A DNA stretch of 64,000 bases from Methanobacteriota archaeon (GTDB taxonomy: Archaea; Thermoplasmatota; Poseidoniia; Poseidoniales; Thalassarchaeaceae), in contig JAERSV010000029.1 of NCBI GenBank assembly GCA_016845345.1, forward strand, positions 24,917 through 88,916. The letters run 5' to 3'. Shown piece by piece: positions 26,260-35,319 of this stretch. A program made the translations under genes and the position numbers. Position 1 is the first letter of the stretch; every line of letters starts with the position of its first letter. The notes below the pieces were generated by a model. It was not told the DNA's origin. It did no database searches and saw only the letters and a program-made list of their open reading frames with translations.

Positions 26260-28467
26260 TCAATCTGAATAGTAGGTTTCGCCAGGTATTTCTGGTTTCA
26301 TGCCTTTGCGTTGGCGGATTTCTCCAACCACTTTTTCTAGTAATGACCGAGGTAACTCTTCAAAACCACAGTTTTCAGAATTCCAAACCGCTCTTCCTTG
26401 GCTAGCCGCACGAATATCGTTTGAAAATCCAAAGGTTTCAGCGACTGGAACTTTCCCAATTACTGTGGTTATTTCACCATCAGATGGCATGTCCTCAATT
26501 TCCCCACGACGTTGGGTGATTTCTCTTGTAACTCCACCAAGCCAGTCGTTTGGTACCGAGACGTGCATCTTTTGCATAGGCTCCATGATTGCTGTGTTTG
26601 CCCTAACGAGAGCACCTTTGATGGCATTTCTCATTGCAGGAATAGTTTGAGCAGGTCCGCGGTGGATTGCATCTTCGTGAAGTTTAGCATCCTTCAACTT
26701 GACCATGACACTCATGAGTGGTTCTTCAGCAATAGGTCCTTTCTTGCACACTTCATTGAATGCTTCAATCAGCAATTCCTTTGTTTCGTGGAGATACTGG
26801 ATACCCTTTGTATCATTGACCAATACATTGGTTCCGTTGATTGCATAGGTCTTGCGCATCATATCTTTGTCCATGCCATATTCAGCAAATTTTCTACCGG
26901 TTTCCTTTGCGTCATTTGGACGGATTGTACCTGAGCCTATTTCACCTTGGCGGAGTGCATCTACCACTTCATTTGGCAGTTGTTCAACCTCGATGTAAAA
27001 TCTGTTGTGTCGATTAGGTGATTTGCCTTCGAATGGTCTCCCATGGTTATTTCCTGCTGTTGTTTCACGATATACAACAATTGGTTCAGAAACAGAGACC
27101 TTGATACCTTGTTCCTCTTCGATTCTGTATGTTGTGATTTCAAGGTGAAGTTCTCCCATACCAGCAAGTAGTGCTTCTCCAGTTTCTGCATTTGTAGTAA
27201 CTTGTAAAGATGCATCTGCTTTTGCAAGTGAACGAAGCGCATCGATGAATTTTGGCAAATCCTTCATGGATTTGGGTTCAACAGCGACTGTAACCACTGG
27301 TTCTGAATAGTGTCTGATAGCCTCAAAAGGAATAATATCCTTATCGCGTGCTACTGTAACACCCGCTGCAGCTGAACGAATACCTGTAAGAGCAGCGATA
27401 TTTCCGGCAACAATTTTTGGAATTGAGATACGGTCTCCACCAACCATCATGCTAACCTGTTGTACTCGCTCGGCTTTACTGCCTCCAATAGCCCACAAGC
27501 TTTCACCGTGGTTTATGGTTCCAGAATAAAGGCGCCCTACTGCTACTTCTCCTGCATGGGGGTCCATCCAAATTTTAGTGATCATTAGTGCAAGTGGCCC
27601 TTCAGGGTCACAGTTAATCATCGCTTGACCCATTTCAGATTCAGAATCGCCGCTCCAAATATTAGGGATACGGTATGGTTGTGCAATAACCGGGCTTGGT
27701 AGTTGAGTAACTGCCATATCTAGCAGAACCTCGTGCACAGGGGCCTTCTTCGCTAGTTCTTTTTGTTCTTCATTATTACAATAATCAAAGATATCTTTGA
27801 ATGATATTCCGGATTTTTGCATATATGGTACAGTAATACCCCAGTTGTGGTAAGCAGAACCGAAGGCAACAGTTCCATCTCCAACACTAACTTGCCAAGA
27901 TTTCTTGTATTCATGAGGCGCAAATTGACGGATTAATGTGTTTACTTTAGTAATCTGTGCCATGAATCTCTCTTGCATATCCTCAGGAGTTACTTGTAAT
28001 TCGTTAATCAGTCGGTCTACCTTGTTAATGAAAAGAACAGGCTTTACCTTTTCTTTTAGTGCTTGACGCACCACAGTTTCAGTTTGTGGCATGGCCCCTT
28101 CAACTGCACATGTTAGAATAAAACACCCATCTACAGCGCGCATGGCTCTTGTGACATCCCCACCAAAATCTACGTGACCAGGTGTGTCAATCAAATTGAT
28201 TAGGAAATCAGTATCTTCAACTGCGTGCACCATTGATGCTGATGCAGCATTAATTGTAATTCCTCTAGCAGATTCCTGTTCATCAAAATCTAGAACTCTG
28301 CTTTTACCAGCAAGGTCCTCACTCATCATACCAGCACCAGCAATCAAATTATCAGAAAGAGTTGTCTTTCCATGGTCAATGTGAGCAGCAATGCAAAGAT
28401 TTCGAATTCGATCTCTATCGTGCATGACTTCTGTTGCTTTTGCGATGTTGTCTTCCTTTCGTCCCAT
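26260..28467 (-). CDS. translation elongation factor 2 (aEF-2)
   Basis: IRNLCIAAHIDHGKTTLSD, DTPGHVDF and NKVDR GTPase motifs, at 735 aa. C-terminal region contains the diphthamide-site HRGPAQ. Confidence 0.95.
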   Translation of the reverse strand: MGRKEDNIAKATEVMHDRDRIRNLCIAAHIDHGKTTLSDNLIAGAGMMSEDLAGKSRVLDFDEQESARGITINAASASMVHAVEDTDFLINLIDTPGHVDFGGDVTRAMRAVDGCFILTCAVEGAMPQTETVVRQALKEKVKPVLFINKVDRLINELQVTPEDMQERFMAQITKVNTLIRQFAPHEYKKSWQVSVGDGTVAFGSAYHNWGITVPYMQKSGISFKDIFDYCNNEEQKELAKKAPVHEVLLDMAVTQLPSPVIAQPYRIPNIWSGDSESEMGQAMINCDPEGPLALMITKIWMDPHAGEVAVGRLYSGTINHGESLWAIGGSKAERVQQVSMMVGGDRISIPKIVAGNIAALTGIRSAAAGVTVARDKDIIPFEAIRHYSEPVVTVAVEPKSMKDLPKFIDALRSLAKADASLQVTTNAETGEALLAGMGELHLEITTYRIEEEQGIKVSVSEPIVVYRETTAGNNHGRPFEGKSPNRHNRFYIEVEQLPNEVVDALRQGEIGSGTIRPNDAKETGRKFAEYGMDKDMMRKTYAINGTNVLVNDTKGIQYLHETKELLIEAFNEVCKKGPIAEEPLMSVMVKLKDAKLHEDAIHRGPAQTIPAMRNAIKGALVRANTAIMEPMQKMHVSVPNDWLGGVTREITQRRGEIEDMPSDGEITTVIGKVPVAETFGFSNDIRAASQGRAVWNSENCGFEELPRSLLEKVVGEIRQRKGMKPEIPGETYYSD

Positions 28468-28518
28468 CAGTCTTCACCTTCGGTGAAGCCGCCGACCTAA
28501 CATCGGTTCATAAAGGCC
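28468..28518 (-). promoter_or_regulatory. EF-2 promoter/5' leader: GGCC-TATA-like box, GC box TAGGTCGGCGGCTT, SD AAGGTG
   Basis: Sense strand: GGCCTTTATGAACCGATGTTAGGTCGGCGGCTTCACCGAAGGTGAAGACTGATG. The GC box (28486..28499) is identical to the one upstream of S12. Confidence 0.5.
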
Positions 28519-28576
28519 ACCACCCCAGTTATTCACTAAAAGTGACAACATCATCAAGAGATGCCTTGTCAAGAAC

Positions 28577-29734
28577 TTAAACAGCAGGATAAACAGTGGG
28601 TTTCATCATATCATCTAGAATTGCTTGAAACTCAGAATTAATTGACATAATTTTATCTTTTGTGTGAGCGATTTGTTTAACAATAATTTGACGAGCATTT
28701 GAACTTGATTTGTTTAGTTGGCTTCGCTTATCATCCAAAAATCTCAATGCTTCCCTCATCGCTGAAATACATTCATTGCTTCTAGTTTCAAACATACTCA
28801 TGGTGCTTTCAGAATGTTGTTTTTCAGATTTACTGGCAATTTTTGAATAGGATGTTCTCATTTTTGCTGTTTCAATTGACGCTGTTGGTGTCCTTTTTAG
28901 ATTGGAATTAAATTTGACGAGAGACCAAGCCCTAATCCACCACTTAGAAGGGTCCCAGTGCCACCATCTAATCCCATTTCGATAATCTGCTTGGAATGCG
29001 TGGTGAAAGTTATGGTACCCCTCTCCGAAAGTGAAGAAGGCAAGCCATTGGGAATCTTTGCTACTATTGTTAATTGTATAGGATTGTTTACCCCAGACAT
29101 GAGCCGCGGAATTAATCAAAAAAGTGCCATGGTGGACAAACACTGTTCGGACCAGCCCTCCCCAAACAAAACCCCCGATTGCAGTAGGTATGCCACCAAT
29201 CGCATAACCAACTAGTGCGGGCGCTACCATACCTACCAAAAAGCCAATTGAAAAAATAAAACGATGTTGTAATCTAATAACCCAATCTTTTTGCAGGTCT
29301 CGAACATTGGAATAGTCTACCTTTCCATCATCTTCATCAATCAAAATCCAAAAGAAATGGCTCCACCAAAATCCTCTGGAAGCATTATACGGGTCACCTT
29401 CTTTATCGGTTTCTTTGTGGTGCCTACGATGATCGCTACACCATTCTAAAATTGAATTTTGAAAAGCACCCGCTCCAAATAGAGCATACAAAATTCTTAG
29501 TGGTAAAATGGCTTGATGGCTTCGGTGGGAAAATAACCTGTGGTAACCAACAGTAATGGATAAGCCGCATGCGAAGTACCAAACGAAAAAAATGCTTAGT
29601 TCAACCCATGTTATTCCATAAGTCACACCATGCCATATTGAGCCAATAAGTGCCAACACAGGTGTCAAAACGAGAAAAATTGTGTTAATCCAATTCAACT
29701 TTATTGGATCTTTGGTTTCAATTGTATTAGACAT
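28577..29734 (-). CDS. acyl-CoA (delta-9 type) fatty-acid desaturase, membrane bound
   Basis: Three histidine boxes HRLFSHRS, HRRHH and HNFHHAF with 4 TM helices, plus about 100 aa of C-terminal coiled-coil-like extension. Confidence 0.85.
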   Translation of the reverse strand: MSNTIETKDPIKLNWINTIFLVLTPVLALIGSIWHGVTYGITWVELSIFFVWYFACGLSITVGYHRLFSHRSHQAILPLRILYALFGAGAFQNSILEWCSDHRRHHKETDKEGDPYNASRGFWWSHFFWILIDEDDGKVDYSNVRDLQKDWVIRLQHRFIFSIGFLVGMVAPALVGYAIGGIPTAIGGFVWGGLVRTVFVHHGTFLINSAAHVWGKQSYTINNSSKDSQWLAFFTFGEGYHNFHHAFQADYRNGIRWWHWDPSKWWIRAWSLVKFNSNLKRTPTASIETAKMRTSYSKIASKSEKQHSESTMSMFETRSNECISAMREALRFLDDKRSQLNKSSSNARQIIVKQIAHTKDKIMSINSEFQAILDDMMKPTVYPAV

Positions 29735-29849
29735 TTCACCACTACATCCATACTTAGTGATTTACTTGCCATTGAATTTGCCCTATTAACTTCAAGGAAC
29801 TCATCACCTGAATTAAACGATTTAATCAACTGGAAAAGCCTAGTGAAAA

Positions 29850-30491
29850 TTAGCGTGCCGAGGCAGCAATTCTCTCTACTTCTTCCTTCTTGCCAATTGC
29901 ATAAGATGTTACATCTCCATTGGCAGCTTTGGATATCTCAGTTACGATTCCCTCAGTTAACGTTCGAGTACTCTTACGAGTTGCTTGAGTCGAACCTGTA
30001 GCCAGATGTCTGATAGCAACATCAATTCGGCGCATAGGCGCGCTATCAACCGCTTTTGGCTGACTAACAGCTCCGAATTTAATTCGTGTAATTTCTTCCA
30101 TTGGTGCTGAATTTGCTAATGCATCCACGAACACTTGTAGAGGGTTTGTATCATCTCTTTCTGCAATGCGGTCCAATGCTGTCTCAAATGCTTTGGTGGC
30201 TGTGGTTTTTTTACCGGTATATTTGCCGGTTCTCATCAATCCGTTGATAAATCTCTCAACGATTGATAACTTGCTTTTACCAAACCAAGCATTTGCATGT
30301 CTGCCTCCAGTGTGTGGCACACCGACAGTTTTGAGATTAACGTAAGGTGCAATTCCTGGGTCTTCACAAGATACAGTAGTTGCATCCCATTTGTTGAATA
30401 CAAGGGTACCAATTCCTGCTATTGGTGCCTCGTTGACTACCTTCTCCTCTGAAGGTTCTTCTTCAACTTGTTCTTCAACTTCTTCACTCAT
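29850..30491 (-). CDS. rps7: 30S ribosomal protein S7 (uS7) with acidic N-terminal extension
   Basis: LVFNKWD..., HTGGRHANAWFGKSKLSIVERFINGLMRTG and the C-terminal AIGKKEEVERIAASAR are typical of archaeal S7. SD GAGGTGAT lies upstream. Confidence 0.9.
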   Translation of the reverse strand: MSEEVEEQVEEEPSEEKVVNEAPIAGIGTLVFNKWDATTVSCEDPGIAPYVNLKTVGVPHTGGRHANAWFGKSKLSIVERFINGLMRTGKYTGKKTTATKAFETALDRIAERDDTNPLQVFVDALANSAPMEEITRIKFGAVSQPKAVDSAPMRRIDVAIRHLATGSTQATRKSTRTLTEGIVTEISKAANGDVTSYAIGKKEEVERIAASAR

Positions 30492-30503
30492 TATATCACC
30501 TCA
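30489..30503 (-). promoter_or_regulatory. intra-operon ribosome-binding site embedded in the S12 stop codon
   Basis: Sense strand TGAGGTGATATAATG: S12 stop TGA, then GGTGAT (complementary to a canonical 16S 3' end), then the S7 ATG. Confidence 0.6.
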
Positions 30504-30929
30504 GCGAACTGGCTTCTCTTTTCGGCCTCTAACCATTTCATCAAGTGAAACACCATTGACCTTGATTACCTTGAATCTAACTCCGGGGATATCTCCGTAA
30601 GAACGTCCCATGCGGCCACCGATACCTTCGACCATAACTTCATCATGTTCATCGATGAAATTGATTGCACCGTCACCTGGTGCAAAGGCAGTCAACTTGT
30701 TTCCAGTTCGGATTAAACTAATTTTAACTGCCTTACGAATACCTGAATTAGGTTGCTTTGCTTCAATACCAACCTTCTCAATTACGATACCTTTGGCTTG
30801 TGCGGAACCACCTAATGGATCAGATTTTTGCTTGAGCTTGAGAACTCGCTTCTTGTAACCCCGGTCCTTCCAGCGAAATCGCTGTCTGTCCCGCTTCATT
30901 TTCGCACCTGCAAAGAGTCCTCTACCCAT
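30501..30929 (-). CDS. rps12: 30S ribosomal protein S12 (uS12)
   Basis: [53 protein letters not shown]...[19 protein letters not shown] at 30929. Confidence 0.95.
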   Translation of the reverse strand: MGRGLFAGAKMKRDRQRFRWKDRGYKKRVLKLKQKSDPLGGSAQAKGIVIEKVGIEAKQPNSGIRKAVKISLIRTGNKLTAFAPGDGAINFIDEHDEVMVEGIGGRMGRSYGDIPGVRFKVIKVNGVSLDEMVRGRKEKPVR

Positions 30930-30977
30930 GGTTACACCTTGAAGCAAGCCGCCGACCTACCCCGCGTATATGAGGCC
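30930..30977 (-). promoter_or_regulatory. S12-S7 operon promoter/5' leader with the same GC box and SD
   Basis: Sense strand: GGCCTCATATACGCGGGGTAGGTCGGCGGCTTGCTTCAAGGTGTAACCATG. GC box at 30946..30959. Confidence 0.5.
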
Positions 30978-31079
30978 ATCGGCATTGAATCAGTAGACAG
31001 AGACGCAGGGTGCCGATTCTTGACTTGTTCAATTAGATGTCCCCCAACCTTCAAGCGATGTATCTAAGTCGCAGTCACA

Positions 31080-32345
31080 ATGGCATTCAGAGACCATCTT
31101 GAAGGGGCGGTCACGATTGACAATACAAACCCCATCAATGAGATGAGATTGCATATTGAATCACACCCAAGTGATGCAATAATGTTCACTAATGTAGAGG
31201 GCGCAAAAGGGCATTCAGCCGCCGCAAATGTATGTCTTAGAGATAATATGACGAGTCATTTTGGGATACCACCTGCCGAATTACTGAACACCCTAGAATG
31301 GGCTATGGATAACCGTTCAGAGCCAACTAAGTACGAAGGAGATGCACCAGTGATGCAAAATTCCATCACTCCTGTAGATTTAGGTAAACTGCCAATTCCA
31401 CACCACTATCCCCAAGATAGAGGGAGATACATGTCTGCTAGTATTATCATAGCCGAATATGATGGGGTTCGGAATGTGTCCTTCCACCGACAATTTGTCA
31501 GAGATGAAAATCATCTAGTCGCAAGACTAGTCCCTAGACACCTACGGACAATGGTAGACGAAGCGAGAGAGAAAGGAGATTCAGTGAATATTGCTATTGT
31601 TAACGGAGCAGACCCCTGCCTGTTATTAGCCGCGGCAATGTCATTCAACGAGCCAATTGATGAGTTAACTGTAGCCTCTTCTCTCTATCAGAAATTCTAT
31701 GGCGAACCCATGCAGGTGATTATTCTGGAAAATGGTGTGACTGTTCCAGCCGATGCAGAATACGCAATGTGTGCCACAATTACCAATGAAGATGATGATG
31801 AAGGGCCGTACATCGATATTACCGGCACAATTGATGATGTGCGTAAACAACCAGTGATACAAGTTCATTCTATTCACCATAGAGACAACCCAATTTTTCA
31901 TGCAATATTACCTGGATTAGCGGAACACCACGCTCTCATGGGTCTACCGCGCGCCCCAACAATTTTCTCCAGTGTTTCAAAAGTGTGTGATTGCCGGGAT
32001 GTTGTCATGACATCTGGTGGATCAGGTTGGCTTGCCGCAGTTGTTCAAATTGAACCGCAATCTAATGAAGATGCCAAGAATGCAATAATGGCTGCCTTCA
32101 GTGGCCACCCTTCCATGAAAGCCGTAACAATTGTTGAAACGGATATCAACCCGGCTGACCCAGTAAGGGTTGAATGGGCTTTGATGACTAGATGGCAACC
32201 TGACAAAGACACGGTTATTCTCAGTAATCAGCGAGGCAGTAGCCTAGACCCAACTAGAACTGATGATGGTTTGACTTCGAAAATCGGTTATGATGCAACC
32301 ATCCCATTTGGCAGTGACAAGAAGCCATATACATCCGTCCTCTAA
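31080..32345 (+). CDS. UbiD-family (prFMN-dependent) decarboxylase
   Basis: Family pattern RGRYMSASIIIAEYDGVRNVSFHRQFV..., VNIAIVNGADP, DEGPYIDITGT. Plausibly a quinone-biosynthesis decarboxylase. Confidence 0.8.
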   Translation: MAFRDHLEGAVTIDNTNPINEMRLHIESHPSDAIMFTNVEGAKGHSAAANVCLRDNMTSHFGIPPAELLNTLEWAMDNRSEPTKYEGDAPVMQNSITPVDLGKLPIPHHYPQDRGRYMSASIIIAEYDGVRNVSFHRQFVRDENHLVARLVPRHLRTMVDEAREKGDSVNIAIVNGADPCLLLAAAMSFNEPIDELTVASSLYQKFYGEPMQVIILENGVTVPADAEYAMCATITNEDDDEGPYIDITGTIDDVRKQPVIQVHSIHHRDNPIFHAILPGLAEHHALMGLPRAPTIFSSVSKVCDCRDVVMTSGGSGWLAAVVQIEPQSNEDAKNAIMAAFSGHPSMKAVTIVETDINPADPVRVEWALMTRWQPDKDTVILSNQRGSSLDPTRTDDGLTSKIGYDATIPFGSDKKPYTSVL

Positions 32346-32395
32346 GTCACTCAATAATTGCGAAACTTCAATGGGGCCAACCGTTAGAGCAGGGC

Positions 32396-33388
32396 ATGGC
32401 GAATAGTAGTGGCTCCTCATTACAACATCCTCGTCGGAGTCTTGGAAATAGGCATCGTTCACAAGCCCAAAAGTTCCTTACTTTAGCGCAAAAAACCCCT
32501 GAACTCTCAACTCAGAACTTAAAATGGGCCGAACAAAGTGCACGTCAAGCAGTTCTACATGATTTTACTCACGAAGAAAATTGGCGTATTCTTGCTGAAA
32601 TCAAAACGATAGCAAAGGATGAAATCGGATTGAGAGCAGTTTTAGAGGATTTGTTTGCTGTATTGGGTCGAGACCCAGAACATCTGCAACAACTCGCAGA
32701 AGTCAATATGCTCGAACACGGGTTCTCGTTGTTGTCTGCTTCACTCACAGCAGACCCTTTGGACCCTGAATATTGGGAGCAATTGATTACAACAGATTTT
32801 CTAGTTGATTTAGAGACTAGATTCTTCCACCTAGATTTAAGCGACCCAAGAGCTAATGTGTTATTTGGAAGAAGATTGGAGAGAGTTAGAACAGTTGACG
32901 AAGAATTATTTATTCGCCTTGTCAGAAAATTACTAGCACAAAGACCGTTCAATCACGAAGCGTGGATAGAACTAGGTCACTTACATGAAAAAAGACATGA
33001 ATATGACGAAGCATGGTTCTGTTATGACCAAGCACAAACCCATTTCCCACAAATGACGCCAAGGGACAAATTCCGCACCCGAATGGAAAATCGTCTCGAT
33101 AAAGGTGATGACAAATGGGCTAAGCCAGATAGCGGACGCAGAGTTCAATTCTTGAAGAGAATGGAAGTCTTAGCCCTCAAAGTAGCACCCCCAACAGATA
33201 GTCAATCTGAGTTAAAAGCCGATGAAGAAGAAAAACTTGGTGACGATGAGGAAAATGTCAAGAATTTATTAGAAAATCAAGAATACTCGTCAGCCTTTTT
33301 CCTAGCCAGAAGATTAGTCACAAGTGGGGAAGAGTGGGCAATTCCATATCTAGAACAAGCCCAAAGCCATCTTACTGATTCAACATAG
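32396..33388 (+). CDS. hypothetical helical-repeat (TPR-like) protein
   Basis: 330-aa ORF. One clear TPR-like unit: NHEAWIELGHLHEKRHEYDEAWFCYDQAQTHFP. Confidence 0.55.
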   Translation: MANSSGSSLQHPRRSLGNRHRSQAQKFLTLAQKTPELSTQNLKWAEQSARQAVLHDFTHEENWRILAEIKTIAKDEIGLRAVLEDLFAVLGRDPEHLQQLAEVNMLEHGFSLLSASLTADPLDPEYWEQLITTDFLVDLETRFFHLDLSDPRANVLFGRRLERVRTVDEELFIRLVRKLLAQRPFNHEAWIELGHLHEKRHEYDEAWFCYDQAQTHFPQMTPRDKFRTRMENRLDKGDDKWAKPDSGRRVQFLKRMEVLALKVAPPTDSQSELKADEEEKLGDDEENVKNLLENQEYSSAFFLARRLVTSGEEWAIPYLEQAQSHLTDST

Positions 33389-34313
33389 CGAGAACTGTTG
33401 GGTCTTCTGCTTCACCAGATTCAACAATCTTCGAGTGAAATGCATCTAATTGAAGGGCTCTTTCTGCTTCTAATAATACTGCGATATCAGGCCTTGATTC
33501 CCCGTCAAAACCAAGGTTCCAGTTTTTAGTGCACCATTCTACGACTTCTTCCAAATCCTCAGGATGTCCCCGACAAGGAGCATTCTGCCCCAATTCCCTA
33601 GGTGAGGCCTCACTAACTACATCTGACATTCGAGATGCAGATTTATCGATATTTGTCAAACTCAAATCCATCCAAATTAAGGCTGATTGATGAGCAGATT
33701 CCATCATTTCATTCTTAGAACAAGCCTTGAAAGCAACCCAAGCATGGCGTTGACTAGAGACATAATCTCCTAACTCAAAAAGAAGGCATGAAATTTGTAG
33801 TCTACTAGTAGCAATTATTGGTTCTTCGTGGGGCCCTTCTCTATTGATGTCCGAAAGAATTGCTAAGGCCATTATTCCTTCATTCCTCGAAGTGTGCCAT
33901 TCTGCCAAGTTTAGGGTTGCAACACCATGGGCAATGCTACCTTCTTCTATGGCTTTGAGTCTCTCCATAGCCCAGCGCAAATCAACTCCGGCCTCTTCTT
34001 CTTCACCAGCAGTGAACCGTAATAATCCCCATTCCATGCGTGAACGCGCTTCAAGGGTGTGATTACGTTCAGTTGAGCGCCGACTTGCTTCTACGCTTTC
34101 TTTCAGATAATTTTGAGCATCGTCAAAATCATTATTCAATTGTGAGCGCCTGAACTTTATGAAAAATGATTCGGCATCAGATAAATAAGCATCCATTTTT
34201 GAACAAAATCCATCATCTCCAGCGATAACTCCTGCCTCAGCCAATCCTAATTTATCGTCGAATTCATTTATTGTTTCTTTCGATAATGGATCCACACAAT
34301 GCAACTCATACAA
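33372..34313 (-). CDS. hypothetical helical-repeat protein
   Basis: 313-aa ORF predicted all-helical by eye. Its 3' end overlaps that of the previous gene by 17 nt. No family recognised. Confidence 0.55.
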   Translation of the reverse strand: MYELHCVDPLSKETINEFDDKLGLAEAGVIAGDDGFCSKMDAYLSDAESFFIKFRRSQLNNDFDDAQNYLKESVEASRRSTERNHTLEARSRMEWGLLRFTAGEEEEAGVDLRWAMERLKAIEEGSIAHGVATLNLAEWHTSRNEGIMALAILSDINREGPHEEPIIATSRLQISCLLFELGDYVSSQRHAWVAFKACSKNEMMESAHQSALIWMDLSLTNIDKSASRMSDVVSEASPRELGQNAPCRGHPEDLEEVVEWCTKNWNLGFDGESRPDIAVLLEAERALQLDAFHSKIVESGEAEDPTVLAMLNQ

Positions 34314-34332
34314 TTCAAAAGCAGTCGGAATA

Positions 34333-35319
34333 TCAACCCCTCCTTATACTAGAAAGTGCCGAGATAAAGCCAGAGCGCGCTGTGATAGTTGGCACATCAC
34401 CAGACCATCCTGCCGCACCAGGATGACCACCCCCTTCACCTCCAAGGGTTTTGCATAATTCTGACATGATATCTCCCAGGTGAATCCCATCGTTTACAGC
34501 AGACCTTCTTGCCCGGCCAATCAATCTTGTTTCATTTTCCGCTCTTCTCACGACTAAGGCAACGTCTGCACCTGCAGATAACAGAGAATTTGCTACAACC
34601 CCCTCATTAGTGCTACCTGATGTGTGGAGTAGGAACCATTCACCAGCGTCAATCGATTCCAACCTTGAAAGGGCCTTGGCTATTGCCATTTTTTGAGAAT
34701 GATTCAACTCATCTTTTTCTATAGACTCTATGAATGCAGGGTAATCAATAGAATATTTTTCAATCAATTCCCCAGCAGCAATGAATGAACCACCATCGGC
34801 ATGTTTGAATCGCCCAGTGTCAGTAATAATTCCTGCCAACAATAATCTGGCTGAATCGTGCCCCATCACCAAATCAAATTCTTTGGCATATCTATGAATC
34901 ATCTCAGTGGTTGCACTCACATCCCAACAGATGACTAATTCAGCCTCGTCCCAATCACTCCCCCCTTGATGGTGGTCAATCACACATATCGGTATTCCCG
35001 ACGGAAATTGTAATCCTGTTTGTGAATATGAAGCGCAATCAACCACAATTATTCCTGATAATGTTCGAGGCCACATCGGTTTTTTGGAATCCATCAATTG
35101 GAATGACCCACCAACATCCGCGAGTACTTTCTTTGCAACCTTTGAAACATGGATTCCACAGGCTTTAGCACCTGGCCCTATCAATGATGCTAAACAAACG
35201 GCTGAGCCAATAGTGTCCATATCACCATTTTTGTGTGAAACAACGGCAATTGCTCCATCTTTTATTTTCTCATTGACCCACTGGTGTAACTGGGTGAGGT
35301 CATTATTTGACTCTGTCAC
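34333..35319 (-). CDS. DHH/DHHA1 phosphoesterase (NrnA/RecJ-like)
   Basis: Motifs VVSHKNGDMDTIGS, VVDCA, VIDHHQG, DTGRF and DHHA1 GGGHPGAAG. GTG start at 35319 overlaps the prefoldin stop by 1 nt. No in-frame ATG upstream of DHH motif I. Confidence 0.8.
   Translation of the reverse strand: MTESNNDLTQLHQWVNEKIKDGAIAVVSHKNGDMDTIGSAVCLASLIGPGAKACGIHVSKVAKKVLADVGGSFQLMDSKKPMWPRTLSGIIVVDCASYSQTGLQFPSGIPICVIDHHQGGSDWDEAELVICWDVSATTEMIHRYAKEFDLVMGHDSARLLLAGIITDTGRFKHADGGSFIAAGELIEKYSIDYPAFIESIEKDELNHSQKMAIAKALSRLESIDAGEWFLLHTSGSTNEGVVANSLLSAGADVALVVRRAENETRLIGRARRSAVNDGIHLGDIMSELCKTLGGEGGGHPGAAGWSGDVPTITARSGFISALSSIRRG

Noticed and set aside
30978-31017. Inverted repeat ATCGGCA ... TGCCGAT with 26-nt spacing in the S12/UbiD divergent region
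   Set aside because: It is a single 7-bp arm pair with a long spacer. That is within chance expectation for a 150-nt region, and it has no second copy elsewhere in the window.
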